A DNA stretch of 64,000 nt from Pocillopora damicornis (taxonomy: Eukaryota), in NCBI RefSeq assembly GCF_003704095.1, contig NW_020845755.1:62001-126000 (forward strand), read 5' to 3'. Below, piece by piece: positions 12,201 to 23,019 of the stretch (position 1 is the stretch's first letter; the number at the start of each line of letters is the position of its first letter). The position numbers and the translations under genes were made by a program. The notes beneath the pieces are model-generated. The model saw nothing but the letters and a program-made list of their open reading frames with translations, did not search any database and was not told the DNA's origin.

Positions 12201-15200
12201 TAATTAAGACACTTCTAGATCATAAGCTTCTGCTTTCGCTCATTAGATCAAAATCTTCGTGCTCTATTTCATTCATAGTATTTTCTATATTTCTTATGGA
12301 TTTAACCCACCTTTCCATATTCTTTTTTTGTCCATTTTATTTTCACTTATTAGAACTATTGCTAACTATATGATGTGGAGAGTGGTCAAGTTAAAGTTTC
12401 TACAACTAAGCAGCGATTTTGTCGAATTGTTCAAATATTATTACCTCCAAGCTTTCAATTACTGGAGTGACTCGGACCAGCATCAGCTCTGTCTCATGGC
12501 AACTTCACAGAAATTTGGAATACCCCTTTCGAAAGTCTTCCTTGATCAAAAGTTCTTTGGTGACAGCAAGGAATTGGTGAGTGAAAAGGGCAGTCAAAGA
12601 AAATTACAGGCGAGAGTGATAAACCGAGTCTCTTCGTCTCTTATTGTTAAATAGTCTCATACTAATCCATTTAGGCAAAGGACATCATTGGAAACATCCG
12701 CGCGGCATTCATCTCCAACATTGGAAAACAAGACTGGATGGATGAAAAAACACAGAAGGTGGCCGTAGAGAAGGTGAGGTCCCTGAAATGCTAGACTGCT
12801 CTCTGTTCCATTTTAGTGATACTAGGTACAATCGACTTGTACTTTTCCCATAATATCTTAGATACGATGGTCTCGTAAACCTCAGATACAGATATGAACG
12901 TTATCGCTCAGAGGGGAAGAAAATACAATAGTTAACCGACTCTAACGGCTCAGTCCAACACACTCTTCTCTTTTACGGATACGACAAAGTCGTGACGACC
13001 ATTGGCAAACCTCCAGACCAAAGCTACCGTCTGTATATTTGTCACGACTTAGTTTCGTTGGTAGATGTATGTACTTCTATTCCGTTTTCAATTATTTGCG
13101 ACTATTGACTACCTTTTCTTTATCGTATTAGTGCCCTTTTGATGTTTTTCATTGGAAGTTTTCCTTCAAATTGATTTCAATGGATGATTGCAATGAATGA
13201 ATATTTTGAATACTCGACCAATTGAATATTCACGAATGCATGGTTTGCTCGTAGGCGGAGGCTCTAATCGAAAACGTAGGATATCCTGATTACATAATGG
13301 ACGTTGAATATATGACCCAAAGATATAAAGAGGTACGTTTTTTAAGCCTTGGGTCCATCGTTTTTTCGGGGAATGCACCTATAACGCATTTTTTTTTTCA
13401 TTAATTGGAATACGTATCCGATATATTTCGTTCATACTATACCTTCTTAGAATTTCTCCAGCAAACTTCACTTCACTTCACTAGTGTTACTCGCAACCTA
13501 TATAACGTGAGACTAAGCACTATCCAAGAATCTATGTATTGCTCCATGTTTTTTTCGCCTTGATACTAGTTGTTCTAATTTAAAGCAATGCAGGAGGTTG
13601 TAATGTTGCAGCGAAGTGGACTGATGGTGTGGTGACGGTCGCAATTCCTCGCCTCCCAACGTTCCTTGATTATAGCTTCTCTTCGAAGTACGACTGCAGT
13701 TACAACCTTAGCCTGGTCTTATAACTGAGATAGAAAAGAAGTGGTTGGCAAAGTTTCATGCTCTCGATTTAACTTCTTAACTCAACCTTTTTTTAAATTT
13801 CACCTCTGAAAGAAAAAGCAAGTAATAGCGCTGATTTCGATATTTCATTTAAATTGAGGGGTGTTTTCTTAAAATCCCAATTACCTCTGCAGTGTATATA
13901 ATATGTGTCTTCCTATATCGTTCCTAAAAGAGGCCTTTGCAGGGTTAAAGATTTTTCCAGATAAACCGGATATAACAATAGAAAAAAAAACTTACAAATA
14001 CATGAATGAAGAAAATTTAGGAAGTTCACATCAAAACAGGTGTTTTGATGTAAGGAAACTGATTAAGTCCAATAGGGTGTTTATAGACGTTTCCTTGGTC
14101 GTTGTTTTTAAGGTAACCATAGACGCAAAAACATATTTCAACAATGATGTTTCAGTTACAAAGCGTCAGAATATCGACAAACTTGCAAAAGCTGGAACAG
14201 CCGTGGACAAGACTGAGTAAGAAATTTTAGAAATTCTTATAATGTCAGTGTCCTTCCGCTTGAGCTCAGTTCCCTTTGGCGTAACTTCTGCAGTCGATCG
14301 GAAGAGGGTGTACCACAATGCATGAAGGCGATTTGTTTGTAAAGTTCCTGTAAACTCTAAGGATGAATCGCCAAAAATTTTTAGTGATTCGCAAATTTAT
14401 ATCCCAAATCGTCCCTCAGGCTCGTTCAATGCTACTACCCATGCATTCTCACGAGCTTATACTTCATTCCATTACAAGCACAGCGAGACTGGCCAAGGCG
14501 TACTAAACATTGAAAATTCCTTAAATAATTTCAGAGTCAAGTGCTTATCGGACTTTATGCTAAGACGTAGAAGCTCTAGCAAGAAACCTTAAGTTCTAAA
14601 TTGTTCTTTGTGCTTTTTAGATGGCCTTTTCCGCCAACAATGCTTAATGCATTTTACGCCTACAACGAGAATAAGATGGGTAAGGAAAAATCATGAACGT
14701 TTGTCTTTTGTTTTTTTTAAATAAACCGTTGAACTTGAAGCTTAACAAACTTTTTTTCGTTAAATAGGGGGAGGAAAGGATGGAATATTGTCATTTAATA
14801 TCGTAAACTATGATTTAGGCTCAGAAAAGAGAAAATGTGCACTTAGCATAGATATGTACAAAATTGTATTCTTAAATTTACTTTTCCACTTGAAATACAT
14901 AGATTTGTTTTCATTTCAGTCTTTCCGGCTGCTATTCTGCAACCACCATTTTATAACCTGTTGTATCCAAGGTAATGCAAATCACGATGTTCATCGTTTG
15001 CACTTTGTTTTGTGATCGTTTTTCTTGATCTGGTTTTCCTGACTGTTTTTTCTATTACAAATGGCCGGCCTATCTCCCTGTGCCCTAAGTCATGAAACAA
15101 CGCATTAATATCTCTCACTGTACTGTAGGTCTGAGTTGTGCAGTTCAAGTTTAACAATACTGTGACCATTTTGCTTCCTCGCCTGATCTCCTGCACAACC

Positions 15201-18200
15201 TGCAGGGGCTGTTTACAAAGATAAATCATTACTCTTGTTTTCTGGTGTATTTTAAGAGCAATGAACTATGGTGCTATTGGAGGAGTCATGGCCCATGAAA
15301 TTACCCACGGATTTGATGATACAGGTTTGTGGGTGATTGTTTATTAATGATTTACTTAAAGAAAAAGCATCATAGAAAGTCAGGATAGACAAAATTTTGA
15401 CAGCCCGCGCGCTATTTGTAATTACACTCGTGTTACAACTTTGTTACTCTGTTACATGAAAAATGCAATCGTTTTCAGCCAATCAGAAACGGGCAGTTTT
15501 TTCATACATACTATAGTATGATTTGAAGATACTGTTGATCAGACCATCGAATGTACACTTAGATGAGGCCTAGACTGACAGTCGAAGAAAACCTCTATTC
15601 TTATAGGAAAGCTTTACGACATTGACGGTAATAGAAGAAGATGGTGGAGTAACTCAACCCTCGCTAACTTTCAAGAAAGGTCTCGTTGTTTGGTCGATCA
15701 GTACTCGAATTATACATTTTATGGGAACCAGGTAACAAAGCAGTAAATAAACTTTGATTTACCCCTTTTTTATACTAAAGAATAATATTTCATTGAAGCC
15801 ACATTTTTGTTCTTAAAATAATATGGAATACAAAGGGTTAGATTTCAAATAGACAGTAAAGTACTTATAGAGAGGCAGTTTTCATGAATTAATAAGTATG
15901 ATTATCGTCTCATTGCCTTCGGCTTCCATGCTTTTGTCGGACATAACTAATGTATACTTTTATAGGGGGTGGTGTAAAGGAACAGTGTACGCACAAAGAA
16001 AATGTGCTGAAAGTGAGGAGTCTCACTATTCAACATGTCCACTGCCGAAGAATCGTTTCTTTTGAGGCACGTTTTCTCTCTCCTAGATGTAGTTAATCCT
16101 ACCGTTTTGGTGTGTCTCAACTCCACCACCAGTGATGCTGAAGGCTTAAAAAATTACTCATCACTTGATTATGTGTTAAACTTTAAAGGTGAATGGCGAG
16201 AATACTTTGTCAGAAAACATAGCTGATAATGGTGGTGTTCGCGTAGCTTTTGAGGTAACTGACGAATTATTTTCTCTATGAAGACAATTTTGTTTTATCA
16301 ACTGAGTTGATAATGCAAATTAGGCACCATAAAGAGTTTCAATCTGACGTTTCGAGCGTTTGCCCTTTCGTCAGGGAAACTGAAGGAATAATCCATTTTA
16401 CAGTTACGTACTTAGTTGCCAAGCCTTTGATTTGGAGGGAGGCTGAAGGTGACCTTGTTGTGATAAAGACCAGTATCTAGTTAGCACGATGACAAAGTAA
16501 TTTACATTTGAAAAGCAGCAAGGTTTGTATCATAAAGACCAGTGTCTAGTTAGCACGATAACAAAATAATTTACATTTGAAAGCAGCAAGGTTTGTATCA
16601 TAACAAGGTCATCTTTAGCCTCACTCCTGTTCAGACTTAGCAACCAAGCGTGCAACTGTAATAAAATATAGGCAGAAAATGGAGCTACACCATCAGTGAC
16701 AACGTGGTAACGAGAAAATCAAGAATAAACTAGTTGAATGAAAAGCGTTCATTGATACCTTGTATGGATTTTTACGATGTTGCACAACTCAAAAATCTTT
16801 ATTCCGCGCTCTCCGACACTCAGCACTCAGCATGGAAACGAAGCTCAAACAGAAATTGACCTCAAATTTCATCTACTACCGAAGTGCCCCAAACCCTTCT
16901 GGAAAAATGATGAGCATGTACCTGCCTACAATTTGAGAGTTCACATGGTACGACAGCATGTCACGTGACTGTCACATGACCATTTTTTTCTTCAAAAAGC
17001 AGTCTCCTTTGTCGATTCTGACATGTTTCAAATCCTGCTGAGACTAGGGTGAAGGTCTTATTCAGGCTTTTCATCTCATGTGGCAACAGAGAAATCATGT
17101 ACTTTCGAATTATGCTAAAAAAAAACATTTGGATGAGTAGAACTCCAGAAAATGGACAATATTAGTGCCGGTGTCTCTTCCATCACGCATCCTCGTTTCC
17201 ATGCTGAGTGCCATATCATGGTGTAAAGCCCCATTTATCTCGTTAGCGGTACCACAATTAGGGACTACAAAGTATCTTATATTAAAGAGCAGGTATTGGT
17301 CTATCAGAATCAGCTGTCAAACCTTTTCTGTCGGGTGGGTTGAACCAACTCGTTAGATAAGGCTTTTTCAGAAAATAGCTCCTTGACTAGCAGTTCAGAT
17401 ATATGATTTTCACATATTCACAGTCATTTATTCATCACTTCACGGGCTCATTACGTACTAACGCAACCACCTCCCAGTTGGCTCGTTAGCTTAGTTGGTA
17501 GAGCACTGCACCGGTACCGCAGAGGTCATTATAACTCCTACTTAACTAGCGTTCATTACTCGCTCTCATATGCACAGCCCACGATTCCTCAATTCGCTCT
17601 GAGAAGGGGTTGACAATCGAAACTTCAGCTTTGAAACTCGTTAGGGTTGCCAATTTACATTATCAACGTAGTTGATTAAACCAAATTATCTTGATATACT
17701 CTCCCATCGACGCAGCGACATAGTTTCTGTAGAAACCTACTCCCTTTATTCATTTATTTTCCCCATCAGCTTTGGATTTAAGTTTTGTAGTTTTTAGAAA
17801 TTATTTAGGTCCTAAGAGAGTTTTGCTGAGATCTGGTGTGGTTGCAAGAAAAAGATCCCAACGGAGGCTTAAGTTGCTGAGTTCTGGGTTTGTTTGCAAG
17901 AAAAAGAAAGCATTGACACATGAACGAAGTAATGAAAGTGAATCCAATTTGATGCTTTTGTTGCCTACATAATTGTTTCCTTATGACGATGTCATTTGCC
18001 TTCACCCTTCTGCGCAGTAACCTCTAAGTATCGGAAAACATTCAAAGCTCTTTCTACAGGCAGTTATCGTTTTGATTGGTTTTTGACGAAGCTCATTTAC
18101 ATTTCACAGGCATACCGGAAGTGGGTTAGGGACCATTGGGAGGAACCTAGGCTTCCTGGTATGATGCTGACAAACGAGCAGGTTTTTTTCATTAGTTTTG

Positions 18201-19517
18201 CAAGGGTAAGATTGTCTGTAGAAGGAAAATAATTCTTTTAAATCTTAGAATCAGAATCTTTCGAGAGAAGTTGGGTGTTCTTACTTTTCATGAAATAACA
18301 CTTGGTAGAAGGGAGTTACCTTCACTTCGGGCCATAACCATGGATGACTGGAATCAACACATTGGTAGCTGATAGCTCATTGCTTCTCAAGTGTTATCTC
18401 TCAGTAGCAATGACACAAAGGACTCAAATTCAGTTGTGGTCCTAAATTTTCGTGATTCCTCGTCGATTCTTTTATTTTTATAAATCTTAGTGTATGACAA
18501 CATTGTATTGAAATAGGTTTCATTCTGACTTGAAAAGAAAACATTCTCGCAGGTGAACAGCAATCTCCTGCAATTGCCTAAATTACAATTCACCTGCAAT
18601 GATCATTTCTTCACTTGTCCTTCGTGTCATAGCAGTTTCTTCCTCAGTTTTTGCCCTGGGCTTGAGCTGACCGCGTTGCAATTGAATTTATGGCGAGTTT
18701 CGTTTTCATCGTAGTCACATCCCGAATGATATGGATTTTCTGCAGCTTAAAGTGAAAAATAAATGTGCTAAAGAATGCTCGCTTCTGAAAACATATTTGA
18801 CTTAAGTCTTAAGGGAACGAAATAGGTGTTAGAGTTAACGATATTCTGACTCTCAGAAGTGATGCGAAAAAATTGTCTTCAATGTAGCAACTAATTACCC
18901 CAATTGTTAACATTTGTTTCAGAAGTGGACAATCAAATAAGCATCTCCAAATCATGAATTACGGCCCTCCGATGGTGATTTGAAAGCATTATATTAAGAA
19001 ACAGTCAACTGACCGCGTTTTTAATTTGTTTTATTTTTGTTATAAAAGATTTTTAAAAACTTAACATCACAAAACTAAAATACATTCAGTTACCGTAGCT
19101 TACGGCAAATATAATCTATAGCCTAGGCCCTTAAAATCAACGCTGTATCTTTTATAGGCAAAATAATATCAGAGTAAGCAAAGATGCCTCTTTCTCTTGG
19201 ATTTTTGTCTGCTAACTTTAGTGAACTGGCAACTTTCTTGTTTTCCAACAGAACTGGTGTAGCCATTACAGCGATAGAGCTGCTCGTGTAGCAACGAAAT
19301 ACTTCGATCATAGTCCCATGCCATGGAGGTAAAAAGAAGCAATTTGCGTTTATAGCCCATTTTTTACACGGTCAGTTCTTTATTTCCGACAATTATTGCT
19401 TTCCTCTTTCGTTGCAGGGTGAATGGTACTCTCATTAATTTCCCGGAGTTTTCAAAGGCGTTCAATTGCCCTATGGGTTCACCAATGAATCCTGAACACA
19501 AATGTAAAATTTGGTGA
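51..19517 (+). CDS. M13 family zinc metallopeptidase (neprilysin/endothelin-converting enzyme-like), 18 exons, 5' end (TM anchor) outside window
   Basis: Hand-spliced GT-AG exons sum to 2006 nt and keep one frame: 51-247, 1572-1829, 2091-2156, 4951-5064, 9731-9820, 9904-10037, 12354-12576, 12675-12773, 13255-13332, 14113-14216, 14621-14679, 14920-14971, 15257-15324, 15607-15731, 16189-16254, 18110-18205, 19252-19328, 19418-19517. Motifs: [55 protein letters not shown]. Confidence 0.95.
331..730 (-). mobile_element. tRNA-derived SINE-like repeat with inverted flanks and a partial tandem duplication
   Basis: tRNA-like core at 395-467; inverted repeat 331-373 vs 525-567; 630-730 duplicates 525-625. 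Confidence 0.75.
870..1410 (+). mobile_element. L2/Crack LINE 3' fragment
   Basis: [12 protein letters not shown]...ARIW..; typical 3' UTR segment gcctagagtagctatgctatttgcgg. Confidence 0.6.
1572..1829 (+). CDS. M13 peptidase exon ([16 protein letters not shown]...NAIT)
   Basis: tttcag/gtaagt; KA..YY.SCM motif. Confidence 0.93.
2091..2156 (+). CDS. M13 peptidase exon ([22 protein letters not shown])
   Basis: tgtttag/gtaggg, phase 0-0, open frame. Confidence 0.75.
3555..4374. mobile_element. Non-autonomous foldback DNA transposon (Mutator-like)
   Basis: Long TIRs (cgctgtggctaaatgcccgg / ccgggcatttagtcacagcg), internal subrepeats, 9-bp TSD ttgtgaaaa / ttgtaaaaa. Confidence 0.8.
4951..5064 (+). 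CDS. M13 peptidase exon (VRNAYRDLM...FEKELAK)
   Basis: ttttag/gttagt; AY...FE..LA motif. Confidence 0.9.
5320..5570 (-). mobile_element. tRNA-derived SINE (same family as 331-730)
   Basis: aattcaggcctgtacgggatttgaacccatgacc...gagctaacaagccaac. Confidence 0.75.
5941..9200 (-). mobile_element. Ty3/Gypsy LTR retrotransposon relic, Gmr1-type order (PR-IN-RT-RNaseH)
   Basis: [10 protein letters not shown] (9148), [73 protein letters not shown]; 5941-6300 may be an LTR remnant. Confidence 0.88.
7672..8467 (+). mobile_element. CR1/L2 LINE fragment inserted into the Gypsy relic
   Basis: [31 protein letters not shown], 3' (AATA)n tail. Confidence 0.85.
9731..9820 (+). CDS. M13 peptidase exon ([30 protein letters not shown])
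   Basis: cttag/gtgagt. Confidence 0.85.
9904..10037 (+). CDS. M13 peptidase exon (FNWTKYV...TPKR)
   Basis: cccaag/gtgaga; FNW..Y motif. Confidence 0.88.
10810..11005. repeat. Palindromic MITE-like repeat
   Basis: aacaaatagagaagcc...ctctatttg inverted arms; related copies at 35030-35200 and 41560-41740. Confidence 0.6.
11445..12030 (+). mobile_element. L2/CR1 LINE ORF2 fragment spanning an N-gap
   Basis: [16 protein letters not shown]...TWKGINEIL...LNKYFSS. Confidence 0.85.
12354..12576 (+). CDS. M13 peptidase exon ([11 protein letters not shown]...SKEL)
   Basis: ttattag/gtgagt; NY..W motif. Confidence 0.92.
12675..12773 (+). CDS. M13 peptidase exon ([12 protein letters not shown]...WMDEKT..AVEK)
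   Basis: tttag/gtgagg; WMD..T..A.EK motif. Confidence 0.93.
13255..13332 (+). CDS. M13 peptidase exon ([16 protein letters not shown]...YKE)
   Basis: ctcgtag/gtacgt; GYPD motif. Confidence 0.92.
14113..14216 (+). CDS. M13 peptidase exon ([11 protein letters not shown]...VDKTE)
   Basis: tttaag/gtaaga; YF.N and VD..EW context. Confidence 0.88.
14621..14679 (+). CDS. M13 peptidase exon ([19 protein letters not shown])
   Basis: ttttag/gtaagg; NAFY substrate-binding motif. Confidence 0.93.
14920..14971 (+). CDS. M13 peptidase exon ([18 protein letters not shown])
   Basis: tttcag/gtaatg. Confidence 0.93.
15257..15324 (+). CDS. M13 peptidase exon with HExxH ([23 protein letters not shown])
   Basis: tttaag/gtttgt; zinc motif. 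Confidence 0.95.
15607..15731 (+). CDS. M13 peptidase exon ([14 protein letters not shown]...GNQ)
   Basis: ttatag/gtaaca; GN...WW, C...QY. Confidence 0.94.
16189..16254 (+). CDS. M13 peptidase exon ([22 protein letters not shown])
   Basis: ttaaag/gtaact; third zinc ligand ENIAD. Confidence 0.94.
16290..16380 (-). ncRNA. Minimal type-I hammerhead ribozyme motif in a Penelope-associated dispersed repeat
   Basis: Minus strand: CTGACGA aa gggc aaac gctc GAAAC GTC ag. Confidence 0.55.
16398..16660. mobile_element. MITE with TIRs and internal tandem duplication
   Basis: tacagttacgtacttagttgcc / gcaaccaagcgtgcaactgta; about 67-nt unit repeated twice. Confidence 0.6.
17395..17560 (+). mobile_element. 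tRNA-derived SINE fragment
   Basis: cagttggctcgttagcttagttggtagagcactgcaccggtaccgcagagg. Confidence 0.65.
18110..18205 (+). CDS. M13 peptidase exon (AYRKWV...QVFFISFAR)
   Basis: cacag/gtaaga. Confidence 0.93.
19252..19328 (+). CDS. M13 peptidase exon (NWCSHY...DHSPMPWR)
   Basis: caacag/gtaaaa; WC and HSP motifs. Confidence 0.93.
19418..19517 (+). CDS. M13 peptidase last exon ([32 protein letters not shown])
   Basis: ttgcag acceptor, TGA stop, canonical M13 C-terminus. Confidence 0.95.
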
Positions 19518-19573
19518 AAGTTACTTCTAAAAAGAACACTTGCAAACCTTAACGTGATGTTTAGCAATTGAGA

Positions 19574-19579
19574 AATAAA
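19574..19579 (+). promoter_or_regulatory. Candidate polyadenylation signal of the M13 gene
   Basis: AATAAA about 57 nt after the stop codon. Confidence 0.5.
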
Positions 19580-20169
19580 ATACGAAATACCTTATTAATG
19601 TCAGGTGAAAAAAATCGACAGAGAAATTCGTCCCAACTGAACTATCAAGCCTTCATTTAAAGTTCTTTACAATAATTTAGTTTGAAATGGTAAATTGGAA
19701 ATTCATCTTTGCGAAGAAGTTACTACTTAAACAGGATGTTGGTGTGTACACTCAGAAATGAAAGTAGTGAAAGTCATCAGTGTAATACATTCAGATACAA
19801 AATAATGTATCGATGTAGTTCGACAGCTTAAAAAGCAATTTTTAAGGCTATTTTCAGTGTATTCATATTTTTATCATAAAATGATTAAAAAGACCATACT
19901 TGAAAGATAGGAATGTCAATATGGGTTACCTTTGAGCAATGATGATGTAAACGAAGATGGTAAATTTTTAATCCTGGCGAGTTAGGTGAAAAAAGATGTT
20001 ATTCAGTGAATGACACTGGCATCTCGGAGATAAAAATAATATAATCCGAGTGCTGCCCATAGATTTCGAAGCAACGACCTTCTTAAGGTTATAGAATGGG
20101 TTTTCTGGGACAATTTGTTATTTTGCTTCTTCGATTCCCCGAAGTTGAGTGGTGAAAAATCAAAATGAC

Positions 20170-20930
20170 TCAGCGAATTCCTTCAAGCGGCAGCTTAGTT
20201 CTAGGAGGAACTATCTGAAGCTGTTGTGTAACGAATCCACGCTTTGGACCATCTTTCCGATAGTAATGATCTGACTCTCCTCCATTCATAATTGATCTAC
20301 TAACGTTGTAGACCTTCAGAGACCAGATTGGATCTGTCCCTCTTCTCTGTCCACTTTCAAACTCACCAGCTGCATTCAAATACGTCACATTCTTTGAAGA
20401 ATCGAGTCCCTTCTCACTCAAGCCAACATGCCATTGAGGGCATCGACAGGTTCTTTCCTGTCAATCGAGTCACCTCGCTATTCAAAGCTGAGACAACTTC
20501 TGGAAACCTTTCACCCGTTCAGTCGATTTCTTTTTAGATGTGAAGTTTATCTCCTAGCTGTACTGAAAACTGAAGTTTACATTCACCCAAAGTTCAATTG
20601 TGACATCACCTATGAATTCATGTCCAGGACCAACCTCAAGAGCTTAAAGGCCATTTCAGTGGTCCTCTCTTCAGTAAAAATTCTTTCCTCTCGGGAGTCT
20701 GTCTTGAGGAATGAAAATAGGATCAGCTCGATGAACTGCATTTGGAGATTAAACGTTAAAAGTCGGTCTCGCAATATGTTTAGGAGCAAACAAGTAATTC
20801 TGCCAAATGGCATACTTCATTAACCAAAGTTTTGCAACATCTTCATAAAATTTAGCCTTTTATGCTAATTTCTTTACTCCATGCAATCCTTTCAATAGCA
20901 ATAAAATATCGTAAACTCCTGAAAACGTAC
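20170..20930 (-). pseudogene. Polinton/adintovirus-type retroviral-like (rve) integrase, decayed
   Basis: Stitched translation: KGLHGVKKLA*KAKFYEDVAKLWLMKYAIWQNYLFAPKHIARPTFNV*SPNAVHRADPIFIPQDRLPRG...RGPLKWP..LEVGPGHEFIGDVT...PEVVSALNSEVTRLTGK..GEFESGQRRGTDPIWSLKVY...YYRKDGPKRGFV..L.IVP; matches my recall of cnidarian Polinton integrases. Confidence 0.8.
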
Positions 20931-21058
20931 TTTCCATTTTGAAATAGCTCACTCGAAACGACTAGCAGCCAATCCCAAAGAAAGCAATGAAGCTGTCCGC
21001 GCAAGCAACTAGAGGTCTCCAAACTTTAGAACAACTGTTGTGAATCTGCTAGCCACTT

Positions 21059-21283
21059 TTAACAATCTAGCAAAATTTTATTATCTTCAAGATATTGTTT
21101 TTTTGCAACAGAAGCTAAGGCAACTACAGTGAACTTAGCATAACTCATGAAATTAGACCTCAGATTAGAAGTAATTGGCTCTTTGATCAACTACTTTGCG
21201 ATCCATCCATATCCAGCTGCAGCTGTGATCCCTGTTATGGTTACGGCATCCGTCAATGTTTTCATGAGCTTATTATCAGACTT
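21059..21283 (-). pseudogene. Small hydrophobic Polinton/adintovirus-associated ORF (about 74 aa), start codon lost, one internal stop
   Basis: SDNKLMKTLTDAVTITGITAAAGYGWIAK*LIKEPITSNLRSNFMSYAKFTVVALASVAKKQYLEDNKIL. Confidence 0.6.
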
Positions 21284-21329
21284 TATTTTATTTAAAATAA
21301 TCCTGATAATTTTCAATCCATTAGTCTTA

Positions 21330-21540
21330 CTCCTGTGTTCTACCTCCAACTGAAAGTTCATTGAGCACCTGGTCGGTCTTCGACTCGCTGCAAGGCTTCT
21401 GGTTTCTACTGGTGGCTTTTTTATATAGTAGAGTCCAACCAGTGAAAGAACTATACCCACTACTGACAGTATCTAAGTGGTCGTGAATGATGATGCTTCA
21501 ACTTTCTTCTCACTGCTATTCTCACGTTGATCAAACACAA
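21330..21540 (-). pseudogene. 3' part of a second small Polinton-associated ORF with a single TM segment
   Basis: SSFTTT*ILSVVGIVLSLVGLYYIKK. Confidence 0.45.
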
Positions 21541-21559
21541 TACTGTCACCTGAGTTTCC

Positions 21560-22990
21560 ACTGCAACTCTCCCAGGGACCTCTGAGTGAGAGGACGTGTT
21601 TTCAGTTAGCTCCGTACTTAGTTTCAAAATAATCTTAGAATATGTCTGGAAGAGGAAATAACACTAAAGTTAAAGCTCCTCAGCACCAGAATGACGCTAT
21701 GATGAAAGAGCTGAGAACTTTGCGCCACGAAATTGGCCGTCTACAGGAGTCGTTAAGATCGCACGAAGAAAGGTCAGCGCCAGATCCTGCTGTAGTCAAA
21801 GCGTCGTCAGTAACAAATACGGTGACCTGTCCGCCTTCTGCCGTTCGGCTAAAGCAGACCTCGATCCTCTAAAGAATCTTAGGGAGTCGATGGCGGGAGT
21901 CTTGGATGATTTGGTACATTATAGTTATAATATAGTACAATATAGTCCCGGAGATTGATCCGACTAAGCGAGAACCTGCTCTTCAAACGGCTAAACTTTC
22001 TATTCGACTTTTTAATGCCATAGGTGCTGATGTTACACTTAACGACATTGATAGTGCACACATTGTGCCCCGCCGAAATTCGTCTTCGAATGGCCCAAAA
22101 ACCAAAAATTTGCAAATTTTAACGACGAATCGCTTGAGAAAATGTCGTCATATCGCCGAGAAATTGATCAAATAAACGCCAAGATCATAAGAGCCTTTCT
22201 TCTGATCCATCTGAAATTCCTGATATTCTCAATAAACATTTTGCTTCTATAGGGAATAAATTTGCACCCAAAATTCCAAATTCAGTAAAATTCTCTCGCT
22301 ATCTGCATTAAATTTCGTTCCCAGAACCTTTTACCTTTGATCCAGTTTCGTCTGGTGAAGTTGAGCAAGGAATAAAGTATCTTCCTGTAAATAAATCGTC
22401 AGGCTTGTATTCTTGCCCCTTTAGAATTCTTAAGTCTGCTAGTCAGCTTGTTTCTAAGCCTTTTACTCTAATTATGAATAGTCCGATCGAAACTGGCATA
22501 TACCCTTCGAAGTTAAAGCATGCCAAAGTTATCGCAGTTTTCAAGAGTGAGGATGAATTGGACTCGAATAATTACAGGCCAATCCCCCTCCCGTCAATTA
22601 TTAATCGTATCTTTGAGAAACTTATGTTTAATCGCTCAAAATGTTTCCTGGATAAACACAGTATATTGTACCGTCACCAGTATGGTTTTCGGGAAAAATG
22701 CTCTACACAGCACGCACTCATTGATATTATCAACAGGATCCAACTCAATATTGATAAGAAGCTATTCTCCTGAGGCATTTTTATTGAACTAAAGAAAGTT
22801 CTTGACACAGTCAACCACTCAATCCTACTGCAAAAACTTCAACGTTATGGAATCCGTGGGGTAGTAAACATCAAACTACTCAGGTCGGCGCTCACGTATC
22901 CAAGAAAGAGTGTTGTCTCAATGGCGTCCCACGAGGATCAGTCTTAGGACCTTTACTGTCGTTGTTGTACATAAATGATATCTATACCTC
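21560..22990 (+). mobile_element. L2/CR1-clade LINE with internal deletions (ORF1 + RT fragments)
   Basis: ORF1-like DIDSAHIVP..GPKPKICKF; ORF2 LNKHFASIG, YSCPFRILK, NYRPI, QYGFR, DTVNH, GVPRGSVLGP, YINDI. Confidence 0.88.
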
Positions 22991-23019
22991 CTCCTTAATA
23001 AGTTATCTCTTGTATTAAG

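Noticed and set aside
12862-12930. Possible exon YDGLVNL...
   Set aside because: Hits a stop, has no suitable donor, and is not needed for the frame.
14420-14510. Possible M13 exon after cctcag (ARSML...)
   Set aside because: Diverges at once and hits a stop; the true exons 13255-13332 and 14113-14216 supply this region in frame.
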